Assembly (NCBI GenBank): GCA_963422645.2
Contig: CAXXVO010000004.1
Location: 1-64,000 of the forward strand
Length of the DNA stretch: 64,000 nt
Source: Alphaproteobacteria bacterium
GTDB lineage: Bacteria; Pseudomonadota; Alphaproteobacteria; UBA828
Direction: 5' to 3'
Part shown: positions 27,792 to 38,806 of the stretch, piece by piece
Position numbering within the stretch: position 1 is the stretch's first letter
Layout of the letters: each line of letters opens with the position of its first letter
Program-made: the position numbers and the translations under genes
Notes under the pieces: model-generated
Database searches by the model: none
The model's input: only the letters and a program-made list of their open reading frames with translations
What the model was told of the DNA's origin: nothing

Positions 27792-30303
27792 CAGACTTCC
27801 TGACCTCGTGATGCTGGCTGTTCTGGGCAGCGTGCCGGGAACTCCTTGAATTCTGATACATTTCGGTTGTTTCAGGCGGTTTTTCGCTGGGTGTCGCGCC
27901 CGAGGTCTGATATTATAATTTGATACCAATTGCACGGTCTCAACCATGCCCAGTACCCTCCCAATGTGCCCTCCAGAGGCGGTCTCGATCGGCAACAGCT
28001 GCTTCGCCGTCCTGATCTCGGACGACACCTTCACCTACTTTTCCAACCTCATTCCCTTTGACAGCCACGCCGCCGATGACCGCACGGCCATGCTCTTGCG
28101 GATCGGCCGCCTCGCGGCGATCAGCGCGGTCTCGCCGCAGGAACTGGCTGACGCTTTCGCTGTCTCGCGCGCGACGGTGCAGCGCGCACGACGGCGCTAC
28201 CTGGCCGAGGGCGAAGCGGGGTTCATGAAGCCCCGGCGCGGTCGCGGGCCGTCGGTGTTCACTCCGGAGTTGGCGGAGAAGGCGACGGCGTTGCTGGCAT
28301 CGGGCCTGAGCGGCTCTGCGGCGGCCCGGGTTCTCGGCGTGTCAGCGCCATCGGTCAACAAGTGGCGCCGTCAGGGACTGATCGGCAACACGGAGGCGGA
28401 TGGGGAGCCCGGACGCTCAGCGCTGGCTGCGCCGCCTGACGCGGGTGCGGCTCCTGAAGGCCGTGTCGATGAAGAGAGTACCGGTGCCCCGGGGCCGGAG
28501 ACGGCGCCGGGGCTGGAAGCGCAGCCGCAAACGGATCGCAGCGCGCGCGATCGGCGGGACCGGCAGGCGCCGATGGGGCGTGCGACTTGCGATGTTCCGG
28601 CTCGGGTTCTGGCCAGTTGTGGACAGGCGGGGCCGGTCGAACCGCAGTTCGCCGCCGCCGCCCGCGGTGTCCGCTTCGGCGGCGTGCTCGCCGCCCTGCC
28701 GGCCCTGCTGAAGGAAGGTCTTCTCTCCGAGACCGGTCTCCTGCCATTGCTGCCGAAGGGCTATTACGGCTTGCCTACGATCCTGCTCTTCCTGGCCTTC
28801 ATGACCTTGGCGCGGGTGCGCAACCCCGAGAGCCTGCGCTACCAGGCGCCGGGCGAATGGGGCGCCATTCTCGGCCTCGATCGCTGCCCCGAGGTCAAGA
28901 CGCTGCGCCGCAAGATCGCTCTCATCGCCGACGACGAGGCCGGCGTGCGGGCGTGGCAGCTCGCCCTTGCCAGGCGCTGGCAAGGCCGACGAGCCGGAGC
29001 TCTGGGCGACGCTGGCCATCGACGGGCACGTCAAGGTCTACTCCGGCCGCAAGGGGCGCTTGCCCAAGCACTTCGTCTCGCGCGAGAAGCTGTGCCTGCC
29101 GGCGAGCGCCAGCTACTGGATCAACGCTCTGGGCGGCAAGCCGCTGCTCTGTCTGCACAAGCCGCTGGACCCGAAGATGGTCGCGGCCATCGAAGCCGAC
29201 GTGGTGCCGGCGCTGCAGGAGCTTGGGATCGTTGGCGCCGGGGCGCCGGACCTGACCGCCGAGCATCCCGGCCAGCCGGCGCTCACCCTGGTCTTCGACC
29301 GCGAGGGCTGGAGCCCGGATCTGTTCCGCCGGCTGGCGAGGCGCGGCGTCGCCTGCCTGACCTGGCACAAGAACTTCAGGGGCGAGGACTGGCCGGCCGA
29401 GGACTTCGGCGCGATGACCGTTCCCATTCACGGACCGGCGGCGGACGGCAGCGCCACCATGCGGCTGGCTGAGAAGCCGGTGACGTTGCCGAACGGCTTC
29501 AGGGTGCGCCAGATCCGCCGCCTGCTCGACAACGGCCGTCAGGTGCCGCTGATCACCACCGATCCGCACAAGCCGATGGCTGAGGTTGCGGGCGCCATGT
29601 TCTCGCGCTGGTCGCAGGAGAACTTCTTCAAGTACATGCGTGACGAGTTCAATCTCGACGCCCTGCCGACCCACGAGCTCGAGCCTCTCGATCCCGCCGC
29701 CATGGTCGTCAACCCGCTGCGGCGGGCCTATGACAAGGCAATCCATCGCCTCGACCGCCAGCTTGGCCGCCTGCGCAACCGCATCGCCGACACGGCCCGG
29801 AAGAAGCAGCCGACGGCGGAACTCAGGAGGGAAGTCAGGGACCTCCAGGATGTCCGCGACATCGTCAGGGCCAGCCGCAGGGAGACGCCCAAGCACTGCC
29901 GGGCCGGCGACCTCGACGAAGCCGAGCAGCTCGATGCCTTGCCCGCGCGCGAGCGCCTCCTCCTCGACGTCATCCGGATGATCGCCTACCGCGCCGAAAC
30001 CCGCATGATGCTTCCCGTCATGCAGGCGCAGGGCCACAAGCCCCATCCCCGGAAACTGCTTCAAGCGCTGCTCACCGCCGATGCCGACATCCTGCCGGAT
30101 CCTGGCAATGGCCTCCTGCGGGTCCACATTCTTGGCCTCGCAAACGACGCCTGCGACCGTTGGATCGATGCGGTTCTGAGCGACCTGAACGCCACCGAAA
30201 CGGTCTTCCCCGGCACCCGTCTGCGCATAGTCTACGACATCGACGGGGCCTCGGAATCCGCGCGGCTCGTGTCACCTAAAATCAGCAGAGGTCAGGAAGT
30301 CTG
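27792..30303 (+). mobile_element. Unclassified 2512-bp IS, copy 1
   Basis: 16-bp TIR CAGACTTCCTGACCTC; 5-bp TSD AGGTT. Confidence 0.93.
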
Positions 30304-30304
30304 A
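27946..30304 (+). pseudogene. Putative DDE transposase with N-terminal HTHs, frameshift near 28980
   Basis: HTH motifs and YQAPGEWG in the first frame; IDGH, VFDREG and RWSQENFFK in the second. Confidence 0.8.
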
Positions 30305-30456
30305 GGTTACGGGGGCCGGACTCTGAAGGTTCGGATGCCGGACGGCAGCTGTTGTTGGATACCAGCGGCATGGACGAGCCTTGGAGCCCGTCCCGAGGAT
30401 GCACCACGCCTGATCGGAGAGTTGTCTGATTTCCTCACCCTCCTTAATCTTCTGAA

Positions 30457-31505
30457 CCGCTTATGCACATGGCTCCGGTTCGATCAACATGCTGTAGGTA
30501 AGGGGTTTTGCATTGGTGGCGATGCGGAAGAGCGAGCGGAAAGCAGCGTGGCGGGTTTTGCGGCGGTTGAAGCGAAAGGCGAACTCATCGAGATAGGCCT
30601 GCAGATGCTTGCGGCGCAGCCCGTGGTAGACGCCTCGCGCCCATCCTTTGAGGTTGGAGAAGACTTGGTGGATCCACGGCAGGACGAGGTGAGCGGCGGT
30701 CTTCCCGACGACATGGACATTGTGGCGATCGGCGGGGACCGCAGCGTAGCCGGACCAGCCGTCGGTTTTCGCGATGGCGTCGGGATCGGCGGCGGTTTCG
30801 ACGAAGTGTCCGAGGTCGGCGGCGCCGTAGGAGGAGATTTCGGCCAGCCGCAGGCGGCCCGGGATGGTTCCATCCCCCAGTTCGATGGCGCCGACGATGA
30901 GCATCTTGCCGTCGTGGCTGCGTCCTTGCCCTCCGGTGGGAGGATCGTCTTTGGTCCGGAATGGAAGGCTGGCCTCGTCGATTTCCACCAGGCCCGACAA
31001 CGGGTTGCGCTCGGGGTCGACCATGCTGGCGCGCAGCTTGTGGGCGAGCAGCCAAGCGCTGCGGTAAGAGCCGATACCGAGCTGTTTCTGGAGCTGCAGG
31101 GCAGAGATGCCGTTGGAGTGGGTCGCCATCAGGTAGGCGGCCCAGAACCAGACGGTGAGCGGCAGCTTGCTGGCGTGCAGGATCGTCCCGGCCGTCACCG
31201 AGGTCTGCCGGCGGCAGCCGGCGCACTCGAAGGTGTGTGCTTTTCTGCGCAGCGCCCATCCCTTTTCATGGCCGCACGCGGGACAGACGAAGCCGTCCGG
31301 CCAGCGCATTTCGATCAGCCAGGCGGCGCAGGCGTCATCGTCCGGGAACATGTGCTGGAAGGCGAGGAGGCTGTCGGCGACCTGTTTCATGTGGTGGCTC
31401 CGTCGGCAGGAACGTATAGGCAACATTCTACCCGTTCTCCCGCCCTAACCTCAACCTCAACATCTGGTGGCAAACTCTCGCGACCGGAGCCATGTGCATA
31501 AGCGG
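30457..31505 (-). mobile_element. IS1595-family element
   Basis: 23-bp TIR CCGCTTATGCACATGGCTCCGGT; flanking direct repeat TCTTCTGAA (30448-30456, 31507-31515). Confidence 0.92.
30461..31390 (-). CDS. IS1595-family transposase
   Basis: RWPDGFVCPAC zinc ribbon, VEIDE, TDGW and YLDEFAFRFNRR motifs. Confidence 0.95.
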   Translation of the reverse strand: MKQVADSLLAFQHMFPDDDACAAWLIEMRWPDGFVCPACGHEKGWALRRKAHTFECAGCRRQTSVTAGTILHASKLPLTVWFWAAYLMATHSNGISALQLQKQLGIGSYRSAWLLAHKLRASMVDPERNPLSGLVEIDEASLPFRTKDDPPTGGQGRSHDGKMLIVGAIELGDGTIPGRLRLAEISSYGAADLGHFVETAADPDAIAKTDGWSGYAAVPADRHNVHVVGKTAAHLVLPWIHQVFSNLKGWARGVYHGLRRKHLQAYLDEFAFRFNRRKTRHAAFRSLFRIATNAKPLTYSMLIEPEPCA

Positions 31506-31544
31506 TTCTTCTGAATGACCTTGATGAGAGGGAACTCAGGCGCG

Positions 31545-31736
31545 ATGGATGCGGAGCAGGAGTTGGCGCTGATCGCGCTGATGGAGTGGGAGGAGCGCCG
31601 GGACCGGTGGCTGGCGTTTCCGGCTCCGGACCGGGATCGCGTCGTGCAGGGTCTGGCCGATCTGATGGTTCGGATTGCGGATCGGGAGGCGGCCGATGAC
31701 GGTCGATCCGTCGAAGATCACCCAGCGTCATCTTGA
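31545..31736 (+). CDS. Small hypothetical protein overlapping the recombinase start
   Basis: Short helical ORF (W..FP...R..VVQGLADLMVR) immediately upstream of the LSR. Confidence 0.45.
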   Translation: MDAEQELALIALMEWEERRDRWLAFPAPDRDRVVQGLADLMVRIADREAADDGRSVEDHPASS

Positions 31737-33876
31737 GCGTCTTGCAGTTGTCTACGTTCGCCAGTCGACACCCTTGCAAGTGAACGCGCACCAGGAATCG
31801 CAGCTGCGCCAATACGCGCTTGGCGAGCGTGCCCGGGAGATTGGCTGGCCGGCCGAGCGGATACGGACGATCGACGCCGATCTTGGCGAGAGCGCAAGCG
31901 AGAAGGCGCGCGGCGAGCGTGGCGGCTTTCGGGAGATGTGCGACCTGATCGCCCGGGACCATGTCGGGGGCATCTTCGGGATTGAGGTTTCGCGGCTCGC
32001 CAGGAACACGATGGAATGGTTTCAGCTTCTCGATCTATGTCGCAGGCACGACACGGTTCTGGTTGAGGACTGCCACATCTACTGCCCGAGCCGGGACGAC
32101 GACTCCCTTGTCCTGGGGATCAAGGGAACCGTGAGCGCCGCTGAGCTGTCTCTTATTCGCGCCCGGATGGAGGGCGGAAAGCGGAACAAGGCGCTTCGTG
32201 GCGAGTTGTACTCGCGCGTTCCGATCGGATTTGTGCGGGATGGCTCGACTTTGCGGAAGGATCCGGATGCCCGGGTTCAGGCGGCGATTGCAACGGTCTT
32301 TGCGCGTTTTCGGCAAGCCGGTTCGGCCCGCCAGGCGACGATGCTGCTGCGTGAGGCGGGCGAGGATGTTCCCTCTCGCCGGCACCCGGGGGCAGCATTG
32401 GAATGGGGCCCGGCGCGCTATGAACGGGTGTACCGCATCCTCACCAACCCGGCGATGGGCGGCGCCTATGCCTACGGCTTCAAACGCGGCGTTGGTCACG
32501 GTGCGCCGCTGCGGCCGGTCCAGGAGCGCTGGGATATTCTTCAGCCGGAGAAGCATGAGGGATATGTCAGTTGGGCAGAATGGCTTGAAGTACAGGAGCA
32601 GCTGGCCCGCAACCACATGGCTCCGGACGGAGCCCGCGGCGCGGCGCGGGAAGGGTCGGCTCTGCTCCAGGGTCTCGCGGTCTGCGGCGGCTGCGGATTG
32701 CCGATGACCGTCTACTACAGCAAGACGGGCTGGGGGTATGAGTGCCGCAAGCGCGATGCTGCGCGCCGGCGCGGCGGTTGTTGGTCGACAGGCGGCAAGC
32801 GCGTTGATGCGGAAGTTGCCCGTCTGTTTCTCGATGCGGTCACGCCGGCGGGGGTGGAGGCGGCCCGGCAGGCGGCTTGTGATGTTGCTGAACGCGGCCT
32901 GCGCGCGTTGCGCCGTTGGGAGCTGGATCTTGAGCACTGCCGGTACGAGGCGCGGCTTGCCGAGCGGCGCTACAAGCAGGTCGATCCCGACAACCGTCTG
33001 ATTGCGGCAACGCTGGAGCGCGAGTGGGAGAAGGCGCTTCGCGCCGAGAAGGCTGCACAGGAAGCGCTTGAGGCGGCACGGGCGCGTCAGCCCGCGGCCC
33101 CTGCCCCGGCGGTTTTCGAGGGTCTCGGCGCGCGCCTGTCGCAGGTCTGGGGGGCGTCGTCGACGACCATGCGCGAGCGCAAGCGCCTGCTCGCCTGCCT
33201 CCTCGACGAGGTGACGATCGAGCTTGCGCGACAGGAGCGTGAGATCATGGCAACATTGCGCTGGCGTGGCGGGCAGATCGACGAGATCACTTTGCCGATG
33301 CTCGCGGGCTCTCCGACACCCCGGCGCGATGAGCGCAGCACGGTCGAGCTCGTGCGCAAGCTGTCATGCTTTTACAACGACCGGGAGACCGCGAAGGTTC
33401 TCACCCGCCAGGGACGGCGCACAGCACGGGGTCTGGATTTCACGGCCGAGCTTGTTGGCAGCCTGCGTCGCCGCCATGGCATTGCGCCCTACCAGCCCGA
33501 CGGGGACGAGCCGGTGCTCATGGGCGTTGCCGATGTGGCGAAGGAGATCGGAGTCTCGGATGACACCATCTATCGCTGGATCCGCGAGGGGCTGGTTCCG
33601 GTTGCCCAGCCCGATATCGAAGGTGCTCCTCTTCGGATCCGGATGACCCCGACCTTGCGCGAGCGCTTTCGTGAGGCGCCTCCGGAGGGGTTTGTTCCCC
33701 TCGCTGTGGCAATGGATCGTCTGGGTGTCACGCGGCAGACGGTCTGGGAACGGATCAAGGCGGGCAGGCTGGACAGCTGCCATGTGACCCGCGGCAAGAC
33801 GCGCGGACTGTATGTGCGTTTGCCGGTCGAGGACGAACTGCCGCTGCTGCGCGGGCTCAACGGTGATGGGGGGTGA
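31696..33876 (+). CDS. Large serine recombinase with zinc ribbon and C-terminal HTH domains
   Basis: VYVRQST, DLGESAS, EVSRLAR, LLQGLAVCGGCG and DPDNRL motifs; RBS GGAGG. Confidence 0.95.
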   Translation: MTVDPSKITQRHLERLAVVYVRQSTPLQVNAHQESQLRQYALGERAREIGWPAERIRTIDADLGESASEKARGERGGFREMCDLIARDHVGGIFGIEVSRLARNTMEWFQLLDLCRRHDTVLVEDCHIYCPSRDDDSLVLGIKGTVSAAELSLIRARMEGGKRNKALRGELYSRVPIGFVRDGSTLRKDPDARVQAAIATVFARFRQAGSARQATMLLREAGEDVPSRRHPGAALEWGPARYERVYRILTNPAMGGAYAYGFKRGVGHGAPLRPVQERWDILQPEKHEGYVSWAEWLEVQEQLARNHMAPDGARGAAREGSALLQGLAVCGGCGLPMTVYYSKTGWGYECRKRDAARRRGGCWSTGGKRVDAEVARLFLDAVTPAGVEAARQAACDVAERGLRALRRWELDLEHCRYEARLAERRYKQVDPDNRLIAATLEREWEKALRAEKAAQEALEAARARQPAAPAPAVFEGLGARLSQVWGASSTTMRERKRLLACLLDEVTIELARQEREIMATLRWRGGQIDEITLPMLAGSPTPRRDERSTVELVRKLSCFYNDRETAKVLTRQGRRTARGLDFTAELVGSLRRRHGIAPYQPDGDEPVLMGVADVAKEIGVSDDTIYRWIREGLVPVAQPDIEGAPLRIRMTPTLRERFREAPPEGFVPLAVAMDRLGVTRQTVWERIKAGRLDSCHVTRGKTRGLYVRLPVEDELPLLRGLNGDGG

Positions 33877-34065
33877 CCATGCCCGGACCGTCAGGCAAAA
33901 CGCCCGATGCAGATCCGCACCTCCAACGTGCGATACTGGAAAATCACGTCCGGCACGATGTAAAGGTCGCCGCGGCGGCAACAACGGAATCCAAACCGCC
34001 TTTTCTATCAATGCGGTAGAAACGCCCGCCCACCTGCACAACGGAGAAGCATTATGAAGCCTTCA

Positions 34066-34783
34066 TCTCCACCAGAACCGGGCGCGCTCCGAAGCGCGCC
34101 TCCCAGTCGCCGGGCAGCTGGCGCAGCGCCATCGACAGCGCTTTCGACGCCAGGTTGTCGACCCGGACCCAGGGAAAGATCAGGAAACGCGTGTGACCCA
34201 CGACCAGATCGAGGTGCTTGCGGAAGCCTTCCGCCGGCCACCCGATCCACTCGTCGCGGCAGGGCACCGCGCGCGACGCCCGGGCAAACAGAAGGCAGCC
34301 CAGAGGCCGCCCGTGGCGGTCCAGGAGAAAATAGCGCAGATGCGCGCCGACCAGACGATGCAGCCCGAGATAGTGGTGGCGCGCGACGAACTCGTTCCAC
34401 AGCCCGCCCTCCTCCTTGCCCGCCGCAATCGACAGGCGCAGCGGCATCAGCGCGGCCAGGTCCTCCGCGATCGCCGCGGCCGGCGCCGTCCGCTCGCTCC
34501 GGGCCATCGCCTCCTGCGGCCCCCGCACCTGCGCCTCGTCCCGCGCCGGCAGGGTCAGGATGCCCAGCCGCTCCAACTCCTCCAGCATCCGCAGGCAGAC
34601 CGCGACACGGTTCCGCCCGCTCGGCGCGCGCCAGTTCAAATGCTCGCAGATCGTGTGCCCGAGCTCGTTGCGGCTGATCGCCGGAAACAGCGCCACCGTC
34701 TCCTGGATGTCGGCAATCTGCCGGCGGGTCAGACGTCTGCCGAAAAAGGTCGTCGACTTCAGCGCGGTGATGCGGGGGTCCAT
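34066..34783 (-). pseudogene. N-terminal DUF4338 (DruA-like) part of the IS4 transposase
   Basis: WNEFVARHHYLG, RDEWIGW and RFLIFPWVRVDNLAS motifs. Confidence 0.85.
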
Positions 34784-34943
34784 GGGCCGGCTCCACTGAC
34801 AGGGGGACAGCCACAGTGTGCCAAAGCACACGCCGCCGGTCAATCCCCCTCGTGCGGGAAACGCCGAGACCGACAATCCACACAAGAAATCAACTCGTTA
34901 CGACACCACCAAAAAACCCCGGAACAATCTTCGCGCCAAATGA

Positions 34944-36311
34944 ATGCCATTGGCCGGCCATCGGGCAGCGATACAGGCGGCGAAGCTCGGCAAGAAAACA
35001 GCCGTCGTGGAACGTCAAGCGGTTGTCGGCGGTGCATGCATCAACACTGGCACCATCCCGAGCAAGACGCTCCGGGAGGCGGTACTGCATCTCTCCGGCT
35101 ACCGGGAGCGCAATATCTACGGCGCCTCCTACCGGGTGAAGAAGGATATTTCGATGGCGGACCTGCTGGTCCGCACCGACAACGTCGTCGCCCACGAGCT
35201 CGACGTGAACCGCCATCAGCTACTACGCAACCAGGTCGAACTGCTGCAGGCAGAAGCGGCCTTCGTCGACCCGCACAGGCTGCGTCTTGCCGGCCTCGAC
35301 GGGCGGGGAAACTGGGAAGTCACCGCCGACCGGATCGTCATCGCCGTCGGCACGACGACGACGCGCGAGAGCCATGTCGATTTCGATGGTCAGCAGATCT
35401 TCACCAGCGACGAGATCGTGACCCTGAAGAGGCTGCCGCGCTCGCTGATTGTCATCGGCGCAGGTGTCATCGGCCTCGAATACGCGACCATCTTCGCGGC
35501 ACTCGGTGTCAGGGTCACCGTTGTCGACAAACGGCCACGACTGCTGAGCTTCATCGACTTCGAGATCATCGATACGCTGGTCTACCAGATGCGGCAGAAC
35601 CGTATGACGCTGCGCCTCGGCGAAGAGGTCAGCAGCCTTGAGCGGCTGGACGGCAACAAGGGCGAGAAGGTTCGCGTGCATCTGGCCAGCGGCAAGCAGA
35701 TCCAGGCGGATTCCGCCCTTTACAGCATCGGCCGAACCGGCGCCACGAAGACGCTCGATTTGAGTGCGGCCGGGTTGAAGGCGGCCGATCGCGGCTTGAT
35801 CGCCGTCAACGAGTCCTTTCAGACCGAGGTTCCGCACATCTACGCGGTCGGCGACGTGATCGGCTTCCCGAGCCTGGCCTCCACGTCGATGGAGCAGGGC
35901 CGTATCGCCTCATGCCACGCCTTCGACGCGCCGGCGGAAAGCACCCCCAACCTGCTGCCCTATGGCATCTACACGATCCCGGAGATCTCAATCGTCGGGC
36001 GCAGCGAGGAAGAGCTGACCGACGCAGGCGTTCCCTACGAAGTCGGCAGGGCGGCCTACAACGAGATATCCCGCGGCCAGATCCTCGGCGACTCGGAGGG
36101 CATCCTGAAGCTGACCTTTCACCTTGAGACCCACGAGCTCTTGGGCGTCGCGATACTCGGCGAGGGCGCCACGGAGCTGATTCATATTGGCCAGGCGGTG
36201 CTCACGCACGGCGGCAAGATCGACTATTTCGTCGATACGGTGTTCAACTATCCGACATTGGCAGAGTGCTACAAGACAGCCGCCTTCGACGGAATCAATC
36301 GTCTCGACTGA
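34944..36311 (+). pseudogene. sthA: Soluble pyridine nucleotide transhydrogenase, 5' end removed by the IS4 terminus
   Basis: GGACINTGTIPSKTLREA, GDVIGFPSLASTSMEQGR and FNYPTLAECYK motifs; the first half of the GxGxxG fold is missing. Confidence 0.88.
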
Positions 36312-36609
36312 ACAATAGTGGTAGGGCATTCGAGATGAGAGATGTCGCGCTAGTGACAGTCTGTCCCCGTGTCGCTATGTCGCGTCCTGCATAATCGCCT
36401 GTTGCAAAGCCATATTTCGTGGTTCGGCCACTCAACGGCGACAACGTCCACCCACAAACATGGCGCACACGCGAGCTCTCCTTGCTTGCCGCATTCCACA
36501 TGCGATGGCGCTTTCTATTCTATACTAACTCAATGCTACCGACCCAATGCACCACGGTCCGGAGTGTCGGAAGAGGCGTTGGACCGGGGCCGGCGGGGCG
36601 CGACGGCCC

Positions 36610-37425
36610 ATGATCTCATCCAGAACCGAGGCTGTCGAGACCGCGAAGCGCTATCCCTTCCCGCGGCCAGGGTATTCCTTCCTCTATGTGGACGGCGAGG
36701 CGTGGCGCCTGCTCTCGCTCGGCGACGCGCTGGAAGACGCGGAGGTCGAAGTCGACGGGCGGTGCGTACCAGCAGGCACCCTGCTGCGGCAAATCGGGAT
36801 CGCCGCCCCGGTGCCGCTCAGCCAGCGCACGCCGGTGCTGGCCTACGGCGCCAACGCCGCGCCCGAGCGACTGCAGCGAAAGTTCGGGCCCGTCGGGCCG
36901 GCGGTGTTTCCGGTCCTCCAGGCGAGGCTCCATGGCTTCGATGTCGTCCACGCCGCCCACATCTCCAGCTACGGCGCGGTGCCGGCGACCATCGCCCCCT
37001 CCCCCGGCACGGTCTGCGACATCGCCATCACCTGGCTCGACGCGCGCGAGCTCGCGCGCATGCACCAGACCGAGTTCCGCCGCCACACCTACCTCTTTGG
37101 CCCCCTTCGAAACATCCGGCTCGAGCCCAACCTGCTGCCGCCCATGGAGACGGTGAGCACCTATGTCGGCGGCTACGGCCACATCGCGCCGGAGGGCGCC
37201 CCGCTCGCGCTCGCGGCCATCCGGGCCGAGGGCCGGCGCTTCCGCACCTGCTCGCAGACGGAGGCGCTACGGGCGATACAGGCCATGCTCGGCGTGCCGG
37301 GGCCGTTGGACGACTTCATCCTGGGTGCCGTCGACAACGAGGCAGTCAGACTCGAGCGCACAGCGCGGCTCAGGGCGCAAGCGCAGCCCTTCTCCTACGC
37401 GGACTTTTCGCTTACGGCGAGTTGA
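36610..37425 (+). CDS. Hypothetical protein, gamma-glutamylcyclotransferase-like fold
   Basis: VLAYGAN and ELARMHQTE patterns. Confidence 0.6.
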   Translation: MISSRTEAVETAKRYPFPRPGYSFLYVDGEAWRLLSLGDALEDAEVEVDGRCVPAGTLLRQIGIAAPVPLSQRTPVLAYGANAAPERLQRKFGPVGPAVFPVLQARLHGFDVVHAAHISSYGAVPATIAPSPGTVCDIAITWLDARELARMHQTEFRRHTYLFGPLRNIRLEPNLLPPMETVSTYVGGYGHIAPEGAPLALAAIRAEGRRFRTCSQTEALRAIQAMLGVPGPLDDFILGAVDNEAVRLERTARLRAQAQPFSYADFSLTAS

Positions 37426-37428
37426 CCG

Positions 37429-38322
37429 TCAGCCAATGCCCTGCGCGGCGACGATGCCGGCGAAGAGAGCGAGGCCGACCAGGCTGTTGTTCTTGAATTT
37501 CGCGAGGCAGTCGGGAGGGCTGTCGATGCGCACGCGCAGCGCCTGCCAGGCGAGCAGGAGCGCGGCCACCGCCACGCCAACGAAGTAGGGCCAGGCCACC
37601 TGCGCCGCCACGCCCGCCCCGGCGAAGCCCGCCACCGCAGCCACGTAGAACGCGATCAGGAAGGGCCTCGTCCGCTGGCCGAGCGCGAGGGCGCTGGACT
37701 TCACCCCGATCAGCAGGTCGTCCTCCTTGTCCTGATGGGCGTAGATCGTGTCGTAGCCGAGCGTCCAGGCGATGCCGCCGGCGTAGAGCAGCCCCGCCGG
37801 CCAGCCGATGCCGCCCTCCACCGCCGCCCAACCCAGCAGCGCACCGTAATTAAACGTAAGTCCCAGAAAGGCTTGCGGCCAATAGGTGATGCGCTTCATC
37901 AGGGGATAGAGCGCCACCAGCAGCAGCGAGCCCGCCCCGAGCAGGATCGCGAAGAGGTTGAGCTGGAGCAGGATGGCAAGGCCTGCGGCCAGCAGCACCG
38001 CCATGAAGGCGACGGCCCCCTTCACCCCGATGGCGCCGGAGGGTAGCGGGCGCCGGCGGGTGCGCTCCACGCGGGCGTCGAAGTCCCGGTCGAAGATATC
38101 GTTGAGTGTGCAGCCGGCGGCCCGCATCACGAAGGCACCGGCGGTGAAGAGCGCCAGCAGGCCGATATCCGGCAGGCCGTCGGAGGCGAGGCCTATGGCC
38201 CAGAGGCAGGGCCAAAGCAGGAGCCAAACACCGACCGGCTGGTCCAGCCGCGCCAGCGCGACGAAGGGGCGCGCGAAGGGCGGCATCGCCCGCTCGACCG
38301 GCCCAGGCCCTCTAGCCTGCAT
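37429..38322 (-). CDS. ubiA: 4-hydroxybenzoate polyprenyltransferase
   Basis: NDIFDRDFD..VERT..RPL, YPLMKR and YDTIYAHQDKEDD motifs. Confidence 0.95.
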   Translation of the reverse strand: MQARGPGPVERAMPPFARPFVALARLDQPVGVWLLLWPCLWAIGLASDGLPDIGLLALFTAGAFVMRAAGCTLNDIFDRDFDARVERTRRRPLPSGAIGVKGAVAFMAVLLAAGLAILLQLNLFAILLGAGSLLLVALYPLMKRITYWPQAFLGLTFNYGALLGWAAVEGGIGWPAGLLYAGGIAWTLGYDTIYAHQDKEDDLLIGVKSSALALGQRTRPFLIAFYVAAVAGFAGAGVAAQVAWPYFVGVAVAALLLAWQALRVRIDSPPDCLAKFKNNSLVGLALFAGIVAAQGIG

Positions 38323-38806
38323 TTCTCACCACCAACACGGTTGGGCGCGCCGTCGCGCATAACCATTTCATTTCAATAGCTTGGGAGAAGACACGAGCGT
38401 GCGCCCGACGCCGGAACGAGGAAAATAATCACCCAGTAACCACCCCGAAGTAAACTCCAGACCACTCCTGACCTCAAAAGCCCGCGGAAACCCCGGCAGC
38501 GGGATCGCCGCCCCGTCCTCCGCAGCCGCGCACGGCCCAGCCATGCCGTCGCCCATCCGGGCCTCGGCGGCGCCGCAGGGCCGCCCGGCCCGGCGGCGTG
38601 CGGCCCCCCGCCTTCAACCCGCATCACGATCCTTGCTCCGCGCCGGCGCCCTCACGCCGGCAGGAGGGAGAGCCCGGCCTGAAGCGGGGCGCGGCGTGCG
38701 GCGTCCGGCGAGAGGCGTCCTCGCCGCTTCCACTCACAGGCTAGCGGGAGGCGGCACATGCAGATCAACGGCACACTCCATGGAAACGCCCGAACCTACC
38801 TCACCC

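Larger units (their letters stand above)
27672..30456 (+). pseudogene. Small accessory ORF (Y4bD/Y4pK, DUF5372-like) interrupted by two IS
   Basis: HPFDGE...KGG|YGGRTLKVRMPDGSCCWIPAAWTSL reads in frame once the 2512-bp IS is removed. Confidence 0.65.
27672..34065 (+). mobile_element. Large serine recombinase element inserted in the IS4 transposase
   Basis: Flanked by direct repeat TCTCCAC (27665-27671, 34066-34072); removal restores RPVLVETFVD in frame. Confidence 0.88.
26079..34952 (-). mobile_element. IS4-family element with DUF4338-fused transposase, enlarged by nested insertions
   Basis: Terminal IRs CAATGGCATTCACTTAGCG / CGCCAAATGAATGCCATTG; no target duplication. Confidence 0.85.

Noticed and set aside
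34066-34783. Complete Druantia defence system
   Set aside because: No DruE helicase or other dru genes; the domain is part of a transposase.
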